A stretch of DNA of 64,000 nucleotides from Octopus vulgaris (lineage: Eukaryota), in assembly GCA_951406725.2 (NCBI GenBank), contig OX597828.1, positions 6,386,001 through 6,450,000 on the forward strand, written 5' to 3'. Shown one piece after another: positions 13,950 to 27,010 of the stretch. The notes beneath the pieces were generated by a model, which was given only the letters and a program-made list of their open reading frames with translations, searched no databases and was not told the origin of the DNA. The translations under genes were made by a program, and so were the position numbers. Within the stretch, counting starts at the first letter, position 1, and each line of letters begins with the position of its first letter.

Positions 13950-15140
13950 GTGTTATATTTTTCGTTTGATTTCCCTTTTAGTTCATCTGTCGGTCTGGTC
14001 TCAACCACTGACCAAAGCACATATCTATTAGATGGACAAGGACTTCCTGAGAAGATGAGCAGTCGATGTCAACAGAATTTTTTGAACCGCGTACATTGTT
14101 GTTTTCCCTGGGATTTGAGCAAACAAATCTGTGGGTACCATCCTTAAACATTCTCATGGCACCCACAACTGCAAGACTAAATAAAATATCACGTTCTAGA
14201 TATCTCAATCCAAACGTCCTTCTATTTTGTTAGTTTTTCAAATTCTTTTGTTGGGATGTTTCTCTCAATCGGTACCGTCATATCAATGAACATGCATGTT
14301 TTTCTCTCTTATGTCTTTGATGATGATGTTATCCATTTGCCTGCCTGCATGGTAAAAGGAGGGTAACAGTCTCGTCCTCAATGACTGGCTGTAGATGGTG
14401 TTCATATTATTTCTTAGATTACAGGGTATCATAGTGACGACAAATAATTCTCTAGTGAAAGTATCGACTAACTCAATCATACTTGGTTTATATTCTGTAG
14501 CAGCGAGGACTAAGCAACGGACAACTGAGATGTCAATGCTCTCAAGTGTGTTATAACAGAATCAACATTTTGTGTCTGCCTCATTGTGCAAGACATTAGC
14601 CTGATAGTTCCGGGCGAGGAGAGTCTGATATTGAGCCGCTCGTATAAATCCTTCTGTTTCAGCTTTCAAATCAGTGCTCTGCAGCCACTGATGGGTTCTC
14701 TTCATATCAGCTTCCTCAACTCATTTGAGGTATTGCCCATGCAATGGCATTTCATGCCACAGTCTGGACATTTCTTTCAAGCTTTCCTGTTTGGCTTTAC
14801 TCTTACACATTTTGCTTCCTTAGCGGGTGGTGTGTCATCAATATTATCATCATCATCAGGGAAGTTAATCTCTCCTATGTATTCAAACGCTTCCTTTCTG
14901 ACTGAGTGCAGTTCCTTATCTTGTTTGTGTTTTTTTTTTCCTTTACCTGGTCTTATCATCCAGTCCCTGTTACTTTGGATGTACACTTAGTTCTATCTTG
15001 GTCATTTTATACGATGTTTAAAGTTTGATTAGGCCTCTACGGTCCGATTTTCATGGGTGATAGAGCTTGTTGGCGTCATTTTTCTGGTGATGCATTTTGT
15101 TCAATGTAAGAAATTTCCTTGTCTTTATATCCATACTTCT
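13950..15140 (-). mobile_element. R4/Dong-like (RLE-clade) non-LTR retrotransposon, 5'-truncated, decayed
   Basis: Minus-strand translation across stops and frameshifts: MDIKTRKFLTLNKMHH..KLYHP..RRGLIKL, WHEMPLHGQY, HQWLQSTDLKAETEGFIRAAQ, CxxC, and C-terminal VQKILLTSTAHLLRKSLSI*. Confidence 0.85.
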
Positions 15141-15334
15141 GAGTTCACTCAAATTTTGCTGTGAAAATCAGAGTAAAGCAATCCCCTAAAAAAACAAAAA
15201 CGAACAAACATCAATCACTGGAGATGAAACAAGCACAGCCCAATTTCTGTTGTGCCTGTTACATTTCCAATGATTGGTGTTTCTTTTTTTAGAGAATTTT
15301 TCGACTCTGATTTTCACAGCAATGCTGACACCTC
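15141..15334. repeat. About 190-bp palindromic fold-back element (MITE-like hairpin)
   Basis: ttgctgtgaaaatcagagt / actctgattttcacagcaa and aaacatcaatcactggagatgaaacaagcacagc / gttgtgcctgttacatttccaatgattggtgttt around a 9-nt loop. Confidence 0.8.
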
Positions 15335-15339
15335 TTGTG

Positions 15340-15426
<87 letters not shown>

Positions 15427-15974
15427 AATATATACATATATATATATATAACATCGTATTCTTTCTCTCCTCATTCTCATAATGTGTTTACCTGTCCCTT
15501 ATTTTCTCTGCTTCCACTTCCAACACAAGAACCTGTACTTTCACACACGGGTTCAATATTTCGCTGCATTCCAGGTTTTGTTTGAGACAAAGTGTATTTT
15601 TTTCATTTTTTTCTGCCATAGCACAAATTTATTTTTGTTCCCAGTGCAAAAAAAAATATTTATTATCATGTCATTCCTCCATTGCTGTTTGTCTGTTTTA
15701 TGCCTCTAGGTTTTGAGCCTGATGTCGTAAAACAAGACTTCGTTTTATTCTGTATTGAACCTGTCTCATTCCAGGTAAGCGACCCCATTGTTGCAGGCGA
15801 TGAAACCGTTTATCCATGAGTGTTTCATTGTGTTTCCCGTTAAATTGCGCACGTATCTTTTCTACTTACACACGTACAGACGCAGCCACGCATGTTATAT
15901 GCATAAAAATATATGTGCATGTGTGTATATGAATACGTATCTATGCATGTCAATATACGCATGCATGCAAGCTG

Positions 15975-16012
<38 letters not shown>

Positions 16013-16887
16013 GTGTGTTTCTGCGTTTCTGCGTTTCTGAGTATCTGTGGGTAATTATACGTATATATACACATATATACATACATATACATATACATGT
16101 ATATGATGCACAAATATATAATACATAAATCCAATATGAATATTTTATTAAATATAACACAAAGTGAATTTCTGAAGCCTAGTCATCAGTTTAATATATC
16201 ACTATATAATCTATTCCAACCGGTTCATCAATATGCTGAATGATAAGTGATATGGTTAGTATAATCATGAAATAGGTTAGTGATATTAAATTTCGATATT
16301 CCTATTCTCGTGTAGGGTGAATTAACTCTCAGCGTTTCCAGCTATCTTCAATTCGGAAAGTGTTTAAAGTACATTCTGCTAATTGCTTTGCTCTCTGTTC
16401 TTTCCCATCACAACTGGCTGATAATTTATCTGAGATACGATTCCTACCATTCCACCTACACATTGTTCTACTGTCGGTATCGCCATGTGAACACAGTAAT
16501 CTTAATCGCAGATAAAAACAAGATGATTGCTCAGTTATTCTGGCGTATTGACACCAATGGATGATAGAACTAAACTTATTTAAATAGCTTTAGTATATGT
16601 TTGGAAAATTTTTAAAGGAATATATTGTTCATATCACGCTGCAGTACTATCAACCCGTTCCTTGATTCCTATTGTAGTTTCTCATTAACTATGTTGTTCT
16701 CCTACACTACGACGTTCACAAATGTATATAAATATTGCTTCCAAATGATACACCCCCCCACACACACAACTACATGCATATATATCTATGCATGTTTTTG
16801 TATTATAGTGTGTGTATGTATTTCATGAATGTATTCATATCTATTAATATGCACACATGTGTACATATACACATACATATACATGTG

Positions 16888-16928
<41 letters not shown>

Positions 16929-17082
16929 TACATACATGCATATAAATATATTAATATACACATATATATGAACATATATATATATATATATAAATGTACA
17001 TGCGTATACATATACTTACATATATATATATATGTATGTATTTATATATATATATATATGGATATATATATATACATATATA

Positions 17083-17198
<116 letters not shown>

Positions 17199-17462
17199 CT
17201 ATATATATATATGTATACGCGTATCTTTGTAACATAAAATTCAGACAGATAAAAATGTCAAAACAAATTAGTGATTGACATCTAACCCGTTTTCCTTAAT
17301 TTTCATTCTCGTTTCTCTACAGACATAAAATTATATATACAGGATACTGCATGGATTTACACACGCAAACGCATAAACGCATACGCTCTAACACAAACTT
17401 GAATACGTATATGCAGGCGTAGATCAGAACATACATACATACACACGTACACGGACGCCCGA

Positions 17463-17534
<72 letters not shown>

Positions 17535-17546
17535 GTATATACATAC

Positions 17547-17579
<33 letters not shown>

Positions 17580-17585
17580 CATATG

Positions 17586-17632
<47 letters not shown>

Positions 17633-17815
17633 GCCCATATATGTATATATATATGTATATACATATCCACACACATTTATATGGGCATGTGTGTATTATG
17701 CCTGTGCCATTTTCTATATGATGTTCTGCGTTGAATATTTATGCAATATACGAATCTACAAAATTAGCATATAGATCTCTTTCAGCGTCTCTTTGTTCTC
17801 CCTATATACATACAT

Positions 17816-17938
<123 letters not shown>

Positions 17939-19518
17939 AACGTATGTATGTATATCCTCTATACGCGCAATCATCCACAGTTATTGGAAAATTCATTTCA
18001 TGTGCAGTTAGTTACAACACCTATGTTATAGCTGAATGACTCATGCATGTTTTACACATACATGCTTAATGTATTTTCACGCTGAATATATTTAGCGTTG
18101 TTTCCATATACCCAACTACCATTACATATAGTACGTCCAGAATATACTCTCGTTTATCAACTATAGTTCTTGGACAGCTTATACAGAACGTATCGTGGAA
18201 ATTAAATTACATTATACAATCGAATGAGACTTGCATCTATTTTCGGTTCCAACGCTCTGTTCAATCTATGAGTTCTGACATATTCATAAAGCTGAAACTG
18301 GAAGTTGCGACTTCAAAGTAATTTCTAAATGTTTTTGCCAAAGACCAATGCTAACTGTGGAACTATATCACACCAGATCAAGGTCGTTGTTAATCCACAC
18401 CTACGATGCACTTTTCGTAGGATGTAGGTATTGTATTTTGAATATGATGGTAAGTTATAGATGATACTAATCGAATCAGTGGGAAAGTAGAAGATTTCAA
18501 ACAATAATACTCAGTTTTTTTCAATCCGTGTGGTTGTTGCCTTATGAGGAATAGAAACCAAATTCATTCATAGTGGAAATAACTGAATCGACCTGAATAT
18601 ATTTACCTTTAGATAATTCATCCTATGTAGGATATGTAATGTCAATTTTAGTAAGGTTTGAAAACAGATCGGAGAAATAAAATCGAAACCCTTTGAAGTA
18701 TGAAGTCTTTTCTCTGTATACCGTAAGTTCGAATTCTGCAAAGAGACTAAATAAATCTTTTGTCTTTCTGAGAGCGAATAAAACAGAACGCGGGGCATAT
18801 GTCGGTGTACTTCTTCCCCTATAGTTTGTGCAATTATAACAATGTATATAAAATTATTCACCGAAACATATACGGGACTTCTAGACCTACTTGAAATAGC
18901 CGGAGAAAATTCCAAGTTTGGTTACGTCAGCCAAACAATAAAGTAGTGGATTCTCTGAAGCCAACTTGTCTTCATATTTTCTTGTTGGTTTACCAAAAGC
19001 GTTGAAGAAATGACGGGGTTTTCGCTCAAATCACCTAGTTTTGTTTTTATCTTTTCGCCAGTTTGAGCGCTTCGTCCATATCACTTTCAAGTATTGCTTC
19101 TATATTCTTATCGGACAATTTTTTTGTTCTTAATTTTATCGGCTACGAATATCGGTTCCAACAATTCTATTAGTGTTAGGAAAGTGAGATTCCATGGCGA
19201 TTTATGTGTTTCTCAAATACAATACTGTGATATACAAGAGATAATTGAATTGTGAATCAAATCGAGTGATCTCTGATTAAGTTTATTTAACCAATCTCTA
19301 CAGGTAAATGAAGGGATTCCTAAATGGTCACATGACTTGGAGGAACAGCAGCACTCTAATTGCTCTTACATTACATCCTTACCATCTTAAGAAAGGGATG
19401 AAAACACTGAATAATATAGTCGTAATGAATAAATGAGAGAAAAAATAGACGGGATAGTATCAGTAAGTATGATTTTCCTTCTAAGTCTTCGAAATCAGAG
19501 TTGATTGAAAGACAATAA

Positions 19519-19860
19519 CTGCTACAGAACGGCTGCACAGAAACAAACTAAACAGTAGAGTTCATACGACATTCAATTGTCAGACAATACCGAATATTAC
19601 CAACCACTGCGTGTCGTCGTGTCCAGCATGGATCTCAACTAGACATCTTTGGTATGCGATACCATTACTCTCTGCACAGAATAGCATCCACTATGGCCGT
19701 ACGATAGGCGATTATATGGTCGATCTAAAAAGGAAGCTCGTGTGAACTTATCTTGTAGTTGGTCACGGCGCTAAACTGGAAATAAAGAGTAGCAAATACA
19801 TCAATAGCAGCTGCAGCAATGCACCAACAGCTCGTAGACACGACTGGTAGCGGATCTTTT
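19519..19860 (+). pseudogene. Possible heavily decayed ankyrin-repeat coding remnant
   Basis: Peptide pieces LLQNGC, VQHGSQLDIF and YLVVGHGAKLEIK; the first two conserved Gly codons are exactly 99 nt (33 codons) apart; stops and frameshifts present. Confidence 0.3.
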
Positions 19861-20539
19861 GTTCTGTCTAATCTCCTGTTGATCTTAATATTGAATTATC
19901 GTGGATTCAATGACGTCACTTGTGGGGTGAACCATGAAATGTTTCATGATTTTCCTAAGAATATATTTGATTGAGAATTTACGATAAAAATACCAATTCA
20001 TAACAGCTCATAGAGTCGTTAGTTTTCAGACACGAATCGGCAATTAGAATTACTTGTATTAAAACTAGATATGTTATTCACATATTTGCTGGCAATTCAC
20101 AACATATAACAGAGAGATACGGTACCAGAGATTAAGGGATGGCGGGGAGGTAAAGGAACTAGCTGAGTGAGGTAGATATATGAACAGAATGGATATCAAC
20201 AGATAACTAAGCTTATACACATATGGATAGGAATAAATATCGAAATTGAGAAGTGATACAGATAGAAAGATCGACTGATGAATAACGAATTGGCAGATTC
20301 AATATATCGTAGCAAATTATTCACTGCGTTTCTACGCCTCTCTCAAACTCTCTCTCGCGCGCGTACTTTTGTTTCTCTGGCTTAGAAACAATATGCTAAG
20401 AACCATGGGGTCCACTCACCACTTCCTTTCTCTTGAGAAATACAGGTGTAGGGACTGACATCAGTCCCTTCTTTTCGAAAAAAATATCTGATATCCTTTT
20501 GAAACTGTAAAAAGTCAGAATGATGTGCAGCACACCACG

Positions 20540-20610
<71 letters not shown>

Positions 20611-21131
20611 CGTGGGAGGTTTGTTTATCTGTACGTTTATAAGCGCATTTAAAACAGTGGCTTTGCTGAAACAGTGAAAGTGCATAGTAACAATACTCTG
20701 CCACCATTTAAGTAGATCATTCAAATGACGAAAGCAGGTACGAATCTATACTATAATTGTTATGAAGCTTCAGTTAGACATTGAAATTCACAATAGTTTG
20801 TTTGGAAAGATCCACTCGCATTTCTATAATCATAGGATATTTGTACAAATGATAGAGGAACATACAATCAGATAAATATACACGGTTACATGTATGTGTG
20901 TGTGTGTGATTGTGTGCGTTGGTGTGACTGGAGCTGTTTGTCTATATATATATATATATATAATATAAATGTATGTATATAGTTTGTTAGTTAGTAGTTA
21001 GTAAATCTTGCATTACTACGTACGTTTCACTGTTGGTGCAAGTCTTAAAAATGGCAAACTTTTGCGATGTCACCGTCAACAACATTACGTCCTCGCAGCC
21101 CACAACACACACACTGACACACACAAACACT

Positions 21132-21174
<43 letters not shown>

Positions 21175-22399
21175 ACAGACTCACTGATATGCGTCTATGT
21201 ATTTTTACATGATAGTTCTTACTCAGCAGATTTACAAAGAAATCTTTATTATGCTCAGTGTTCGTAGGGTAATTAATTAAATGAGGGAGACAGATGATGG
21301 AAGATACGAGAATCTTTATAAGATTACTGCTATGGTTTCTCCCAATTTGCCATCGATCCATCGCAGATGGTGTACAGCATAACTATTTTAGGTGTATTGC
21401 TCGGTGTAAAATTAACTCCGTTTCGCACAACTTATTCCTTCATATCTTCATATCTTGTTCTTCGTAGATACAAATGGCAAATTGACGGATGCAGTTTCAT
21501 TCTTATAGAAGCTCAATAGCAAAAACCAGATACAAAAGTAAACAAATACGTAATAAAGCGAAAAAAATATTATATAGCCGTTAGTAGATAGGGATGTACA
21601 AGCGTCCACACATTCGTGGTCTGGTGCACTTACACACACTCGCACACAGACTTAAGTAAGCATTAATAAAGTCGGTGTCGATGGCTAGGGATACGATACT
21701 GCTTGGTGAGGGGTCACACATTCTGCGCTGCGCTCCACTGGGTCTTCATCACGTATATTTTTGGCACACGTACACTAATAATTACGAACATAAGTATCGA
21801 AATATACTCATACCTACTCACACACACATTGTCACACACTCCAGTATAGTATATTGCTATATGTTTACTTACGAAAACGTACATATCTACAGAGTTCTAT
21901 GTATATATATATAAATGTATGCATAGTCACGTTAACATACATACATAGACGCATCTTCGTGGATTTATATTTTCACACATTTAACACATTTCTGTACAAA
22001 GATACTTCCATATCTATACAAGTGTATACGAATAGGTACATAAATGTATAAAACTGTGGATAGGTAACCATATAAGTACCCACAGATGAATCAGACACAC
22101 GGCCACGAGTACGTTTTGAGAAGACGAGGCAAGTGTGATTACCCAATAAAATAAACAACAAAATGGCGTAAGTCGACATCACACAACGAAATCCATACAT
22201 ATAATGTAGTCCCTGATTGTATATTCTATCTAGACATATTGGTTGTACTTGCATGCATATGTAGTCTACGATGGAGTGTAGAGTAGAAAGAATACACCTA
22301 AGCAGTTGTAGAGTAACCTGCCCGCGAGGGATCGACGCTAGATGAGTCGAAACATTTGTAGTAATCAATATTTTCCTAACTCCTAACTTCCGTCTGTCC

Positions 22400-22506
22400 C
22401 ACTGCGTAGCACCTTGGGCGAGTGTCTTCTACTATAGTCTCGGGCCGACCAAAGACTTGTGAGTGGATTTGGTAGACGGAAATGCAAGAATCCCGTCGTA
22501 TATATG

Positions 22507-22558
<52 letters not shown>

Positions 22559-22799
22559 AGTGTGTGTGTGTGTGTGTATTGTGTATCTGGGTTTGTCACC
22601 TCCAACATCGCTTGACAACCGATGTTGGTGAGTTTACGTCTCCGTCACTTAGCAGTTCGGCAAAAGAGACCAATAGCATAAGTACTAGGCTTACAAAGAA
22701 TAAGTCCTAGGGTCGACATGCTCGACTAAAGGCGGTGCTCCAGCAAGGCCACAGTCAAATGGCTGAAACAAGTAAAAGAGTAGAAGAGAGAGTAAAGAG

Positions 22800-22866
<67 letters not shown>

Positions 22867-23095
22867 GTATTATGTATGTATGTATGTATGTATGTATGTA
22901 TGCATGTATGTGTGTGTATATGTTTTACAATGGCTCTGGTGTGTTTACGTTCCTGTAACTTACCCGTTCGGCCAAAGAGAACCATAGAATAAGTACTAGT
23001 CTTACAAAGAGTAAGTCCTGGGGTCGAATTGCTCGACTAAAGGCGGTGCTCCAGCACATCCGCACTCAAATGACTGAAACAAGTAAAATAAAAGA
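22400..23095 (+). mobile_element. SINE family A (5'-truncated) followed by a second 3' half
   Basis: cccactgcgtagcaccttgggcgagtgtcttctac...gtaaaagag (to about 22800), then microsatellite and a repeat of the 3' module 22935-23095. Confidence 0.85.
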
Positions 23096-23101
23096 ATATG
23101 T

Positions 23102-23140
<39 letters not shown>

Positions 23141-23239
23141 AACAAAAGGTCTCCAAAGAGTGTGGTGTTGGTGTGTATCAACTTGACTTGTATTATTTAA
23201 TAAAATCAATAGAGAGAAGACAGTAAATTTTCTGTGTAG

Positions 23240-23432
23240 AGCGGGAAACGCAAGGTTTCGGAAAGAGTTTTTCTTCCGGGAAACTTTGACAAGAGGGAAA
23301 TTAATGGATCAATGGGAGACAGTGCAATTATACATCCTCTGAGGTATACAATTCTACTGCCTGTAATTAATCTATCTCCCATCAACTTTTCCCTGACAAT
23401 GGACATTGTCCGAACTGTTTCGTTTCTCCCAA
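23240..23432. repeat. Imperfect fold-back (old MITE-like) element
   Basis: gggaaacg..gtttcgga / tccgaac..cgtttctccc and gggaaa..atgggaga / tctcccat..tttccc arms. Confidence 0.4.
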
Positions 23433-23562
23433 TACATGGCAAGCTTGCTTTCCTCTATTTCTACCATTTTCACTATTTGTGTTGTGACGGGTTGCGTACG
23501 TATGTAGATATATGTGTGTGTCTATATAGATATATGTATGTATGTGTGTCTATATATATGTA

Positions 23563-23617
<55 letters not shown>

Positions 23618-23703
23618 GTGTATGTGTGTGTATATGTATATATATTTTTCTTTACTTACTCCATTGGAGTAAGTGGGGCAAGAATACACACGGAAACGAA
23701 AAG

Positions 23704-23748
23704 TGTCGCTGAAGAGGTCACAGATGTGTGACGAAAGATTTCCGGACA
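23704..23748 (+). ncRNA. Minimal type I hammerhead ribozyme candidate
   Basis: tgtcg-CTGAAGA-g-gtcaca(gatg)tgtgac-GAAA-gatt-TC-cggaca: complete core, 6-bp stem II, stem I with one bulge, UUC site at 23742. Confidence 0.7.
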
Positions 23749-23905
23749 ATGGACATGAGTTAAAACAATAAAATACGAACAGTAATAAATGAGCGAAGAA
23801 AAAATATATAGTGCGTGCGTTTATTTGGCCGAAAAAAAATGGTCATCCCGAAATAGAACAATATCGGTTTCGGCACACGTTTTCACATCAGCTCTCATCA
23901 ATAAT

Positions 23906-24779
23906 TATGCGTGGTTTCATCAATAAGTATCCGGACTTTTACCATACTGTTGAACCTAAAGCACGCAGAATAAAGCCGCTTGGCACAGTTTGACCTTCAA
24001 CACTGCTGTGCATGCAATCTATGTTTTAATGTTCTAGCTCACTTCCACTGTTTACAGAAGTGCTTGGAAGGAAGGTGTGTAGCGTGTGGGCGTTGCATTG
24101 AACATGACAGAAAAAGTTGAGTAGAGAATTTGCATCAAATTTTGTCTAAAGCTTGGCGAAACCTGCTGAGAGGCCTACGCAAGGTTTTCGAAATCGTTTC
24201 CTCGTTCTCGACACAATGAAGGATGTCATGTGCAACTAAGACCCGAGTGTCTTTCTGGTTCGCTGAAAGCAGTTTTGACACAAACTTGGCTGACACCTGT
24301 CTCGTACCTAAATCTCGAGTGATAATGGATTGAACTGAACCGTAACTAATCTGCACATCCTCTGATATCTCACGGATGTTCATTCGACGATCTCCGCTCA
24401 CAGTTGCGTGCACATCTGCGATGTTTTTCTCAGTTCTGCTGGTTACAGGTCTCCCAGAACATTCGTCGATATCGTCATTCTTTCGACCAGCTTGAAATAG
24501 TCTGAACCACCCGTGCACTAGTGTGCGGCTCATACACATCCTTCCATATGCTTTCTGCAACTTTGCGTAGGCCTTTGAGCAGGTATAGCCATGACAACTT
24601 TCCCTGTGACGGTCAATGCGACGTTCACTCACTACACACGTTCCTTCCATGTACTGCTGTAAACAACGGAAGTGAGCTCGAAAGTTAAAATTTCAAGTCA
24701 ATCTTTGCCAAGCGGCCTTACTCTGCGTGCTTTAGCTTCGTTACTAAGGCAATAGTCCAGATACTTATTGACCAGATCT

Positions 24780-24783
<4 letters not shown>
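23906..24783. mobile_element. Mariner-derived non-autonomous element made of two inward-facing 5' ends
   Basis: Plus arm encodes MTEKVE*RICIKFCLKLGETC*EAYA; minus arm encodes AYAKLQKAYG..VHGWFRLF..SGRPVTS..DRRMNIREI..VSAKFVSKLL (mariner HTH region); both start with tcaataagtatc.ggact; TA flanks; no DDD domain. Confidence 0.85.
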
Positions 24784-24822
<39 letters not shown>

Positions 24823-25370
24823 ATATATATATGTCTGTGCGTGTGTGTATGTGTGCGTGTGCGTGTGTGTGTTTATATATATATATTTATATACATGCAG
24901 GCACATTCTCATACGTGCGCATGCATGTGTACGTGCGTGAAAAGGCAATGACAGTTTTATGACTTTTTGCTGCCCTAAGGATCGCCCTCTTTTATTTCCT
25001 GGTTTTAATGACCTAAGGATATCCCTTGGCTGCAACGTGTCTGTGCTTCTTGTATTAATGATTACGCTATAATGTAATTAATCCATGAATAAATCGATAA
25101 AATTCCACCGAAAAAGCCGTCGTAAATTTTAAATCCTTTGGTGCTCTTTTCTTGAGTTACGCCTCTCTTATAACCGTCCCTGAATCGGGACTACAGATTA
25201 AATTGCATTCGGTACTTCCTTATTTACAGTTTTCTACCAATAAATGATACATTCAGAGTTCTCTTACGTCACTGTGAACACCCGTCGTATTCTACCTAGC
25301 CATTTCTGGTGTCCTGTCTGTTGATGTGCGTAGATTCTAACGAATCTTATATTTAATCTATATGCATATA

Positions 25371-25536
25371 TAGGCGTAGGAGTGGCTGTATGGTAAGTAG
25401 CTTACTACGAACCACATGGATTCGGGTTTAGTCCCACTGCGTGGCACCTTGGGCAAGTGTCTTCTACTATAGCCTCGGGCCGACCAAAATCTTGTGAGTG
25501 GATTTGGTAGACGGAAACTAAAAGAAACCCGTCGTA

Positions 25537-25580
<44 letters not shown>

Positions 25581-25795
25581 CGTGTGTATATGTTTGTGTG
25601 TCTATTTTTGCCCCCCCTCCCAACATCGCTTGACAACCGATGCTGGTGTGTTTACGTCCCCGTAACTTAGTGGTTCGGCAAAAGAGACTGATAGAATAAG
25701 TACTAGGCTTACAAAGAATACGTCCTGGAGTCGATTTGTTCGACTAAAGATGGTGCTCCAGCATGAAACAAGTAAAAGAGTAAAGAGTGAAGAGA
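25371..25795 (+). mobile_element. SINE family A, full length
   Basis: aggcgtaggagtggctgtatggtaag; CORE-like gtggcaccttgggcaagtgtctt; internal (TA)n; gtaaaagag tail. Confidence 0.9.
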
Positions 25796-26296
25796 GTACA
25801 TATGTGTATGGGTGTGTGTGTGTACGTTTGAGTGTGCTCATGTGTGTGTAAATATGTGTGTGTTTGTGTGTGTGTGTGTGCGCGCGTGTATAAATAAATA
25901 CATGCATATATTTGTAAATACGTTCATATAAAGAAATCCACACACGCTTTTCATACTATAAAAATATTTATCAAAGAAAGTATCGTTCAAAATCCTATTA
26001 AGGAAAACAAGCAGAAAAAAAATCAGTATGTGAATTTTCTGCATCTTCCCGGTAATTCCTTAATTTCAAAATTAAATATCTAATCTCGTCTTACGGCAGA
26101 TGATGGTTATCTCCCTTATATTAACGCCTATCATTACACATACACACTGACACACACACATGAGCATATATGCATATATGTATACTTGTTTGTGTTCGCG
26201 CGTATGTGTGCGTGTGTGTACATGTGTTTGTGCATGTATATATGCATAAACATATATATATATATATACACATACACACATACATACACACAGACG

Positions 26297-26332
<36 letters not shown>

Positions 26333-26485
26333 CATACATATATATATGTGTGTGTGTATGTGTGTGTGTGTGTGCGTGTACGAGTGTGTGTATGTATGTG
26401 CGTGTATATATATACACACAGAAATACATACGTTCATACACATATACATATATAGAGACAGAGAGACGGACAGACAGACAGACAA

Positions 26486-26552
<67 letters not shown>
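26486..26552. repeat. (TAGA)n microsatellite within a large compound (CA)/(TA)/(TG) field
   Basis: Direct reading. Confidence 0.9.
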
Positions 26553-26553
<1 letters not shown>

Positions 26554-26973
26554 GATCGTCTGTGCGGAGGTGAGGTACACATAAATCAACACTAATATAC
26601 GAATGTCTACGTTCCCGTATGCTTTCATATGCATACGTATTGATCATACATTATCTGAGAGAAATTGCACGTGTATTATTATATTTTTTTCTTTTTCTAC
26701 GACTTGCATTATGCACTCAAACATCCATGCGTTCAGTATCGATGAAAGTAAGTCAGCTTTGCATGGGCAAACAGATGTTTTTGTGTTTTGTATTTGTACA
26801 ACTATTCGCTGATATTGTGAAGCGCCTTAGTTCTACAAACTTGTTATTCTCACTTTAACCTGAAGTAAGCAGCAAGATGGCCGGTCTATTTTACTAGCTT
26901 CAGCTATATACAAACAAGAACCTAACTTGTCTATACACGGGACTCGAACGCAGAGGGGAAAATAAGTACACGC

Positions 26974-27010
<37 letters not shown>

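Noticed and set aside
16160-16345. Minus-strand CTGATGA..GAAA and CTGAGAG..GAAA motifs
   Set aside because: Stem II closing pairs and stems I/III not supported; at best relics
20450-20469. 20-bp near-palindrome agggactgacatcagtccct
   Set aside because: Isolated, with no termini or second copy; likely a MITE core or chance
21294-21395. Signal-peptide-like MMEDTRIFIRLLLWFLPICHRSIA with a possible GT donor
   Set aside because: Weak donor and no downstream exon identified
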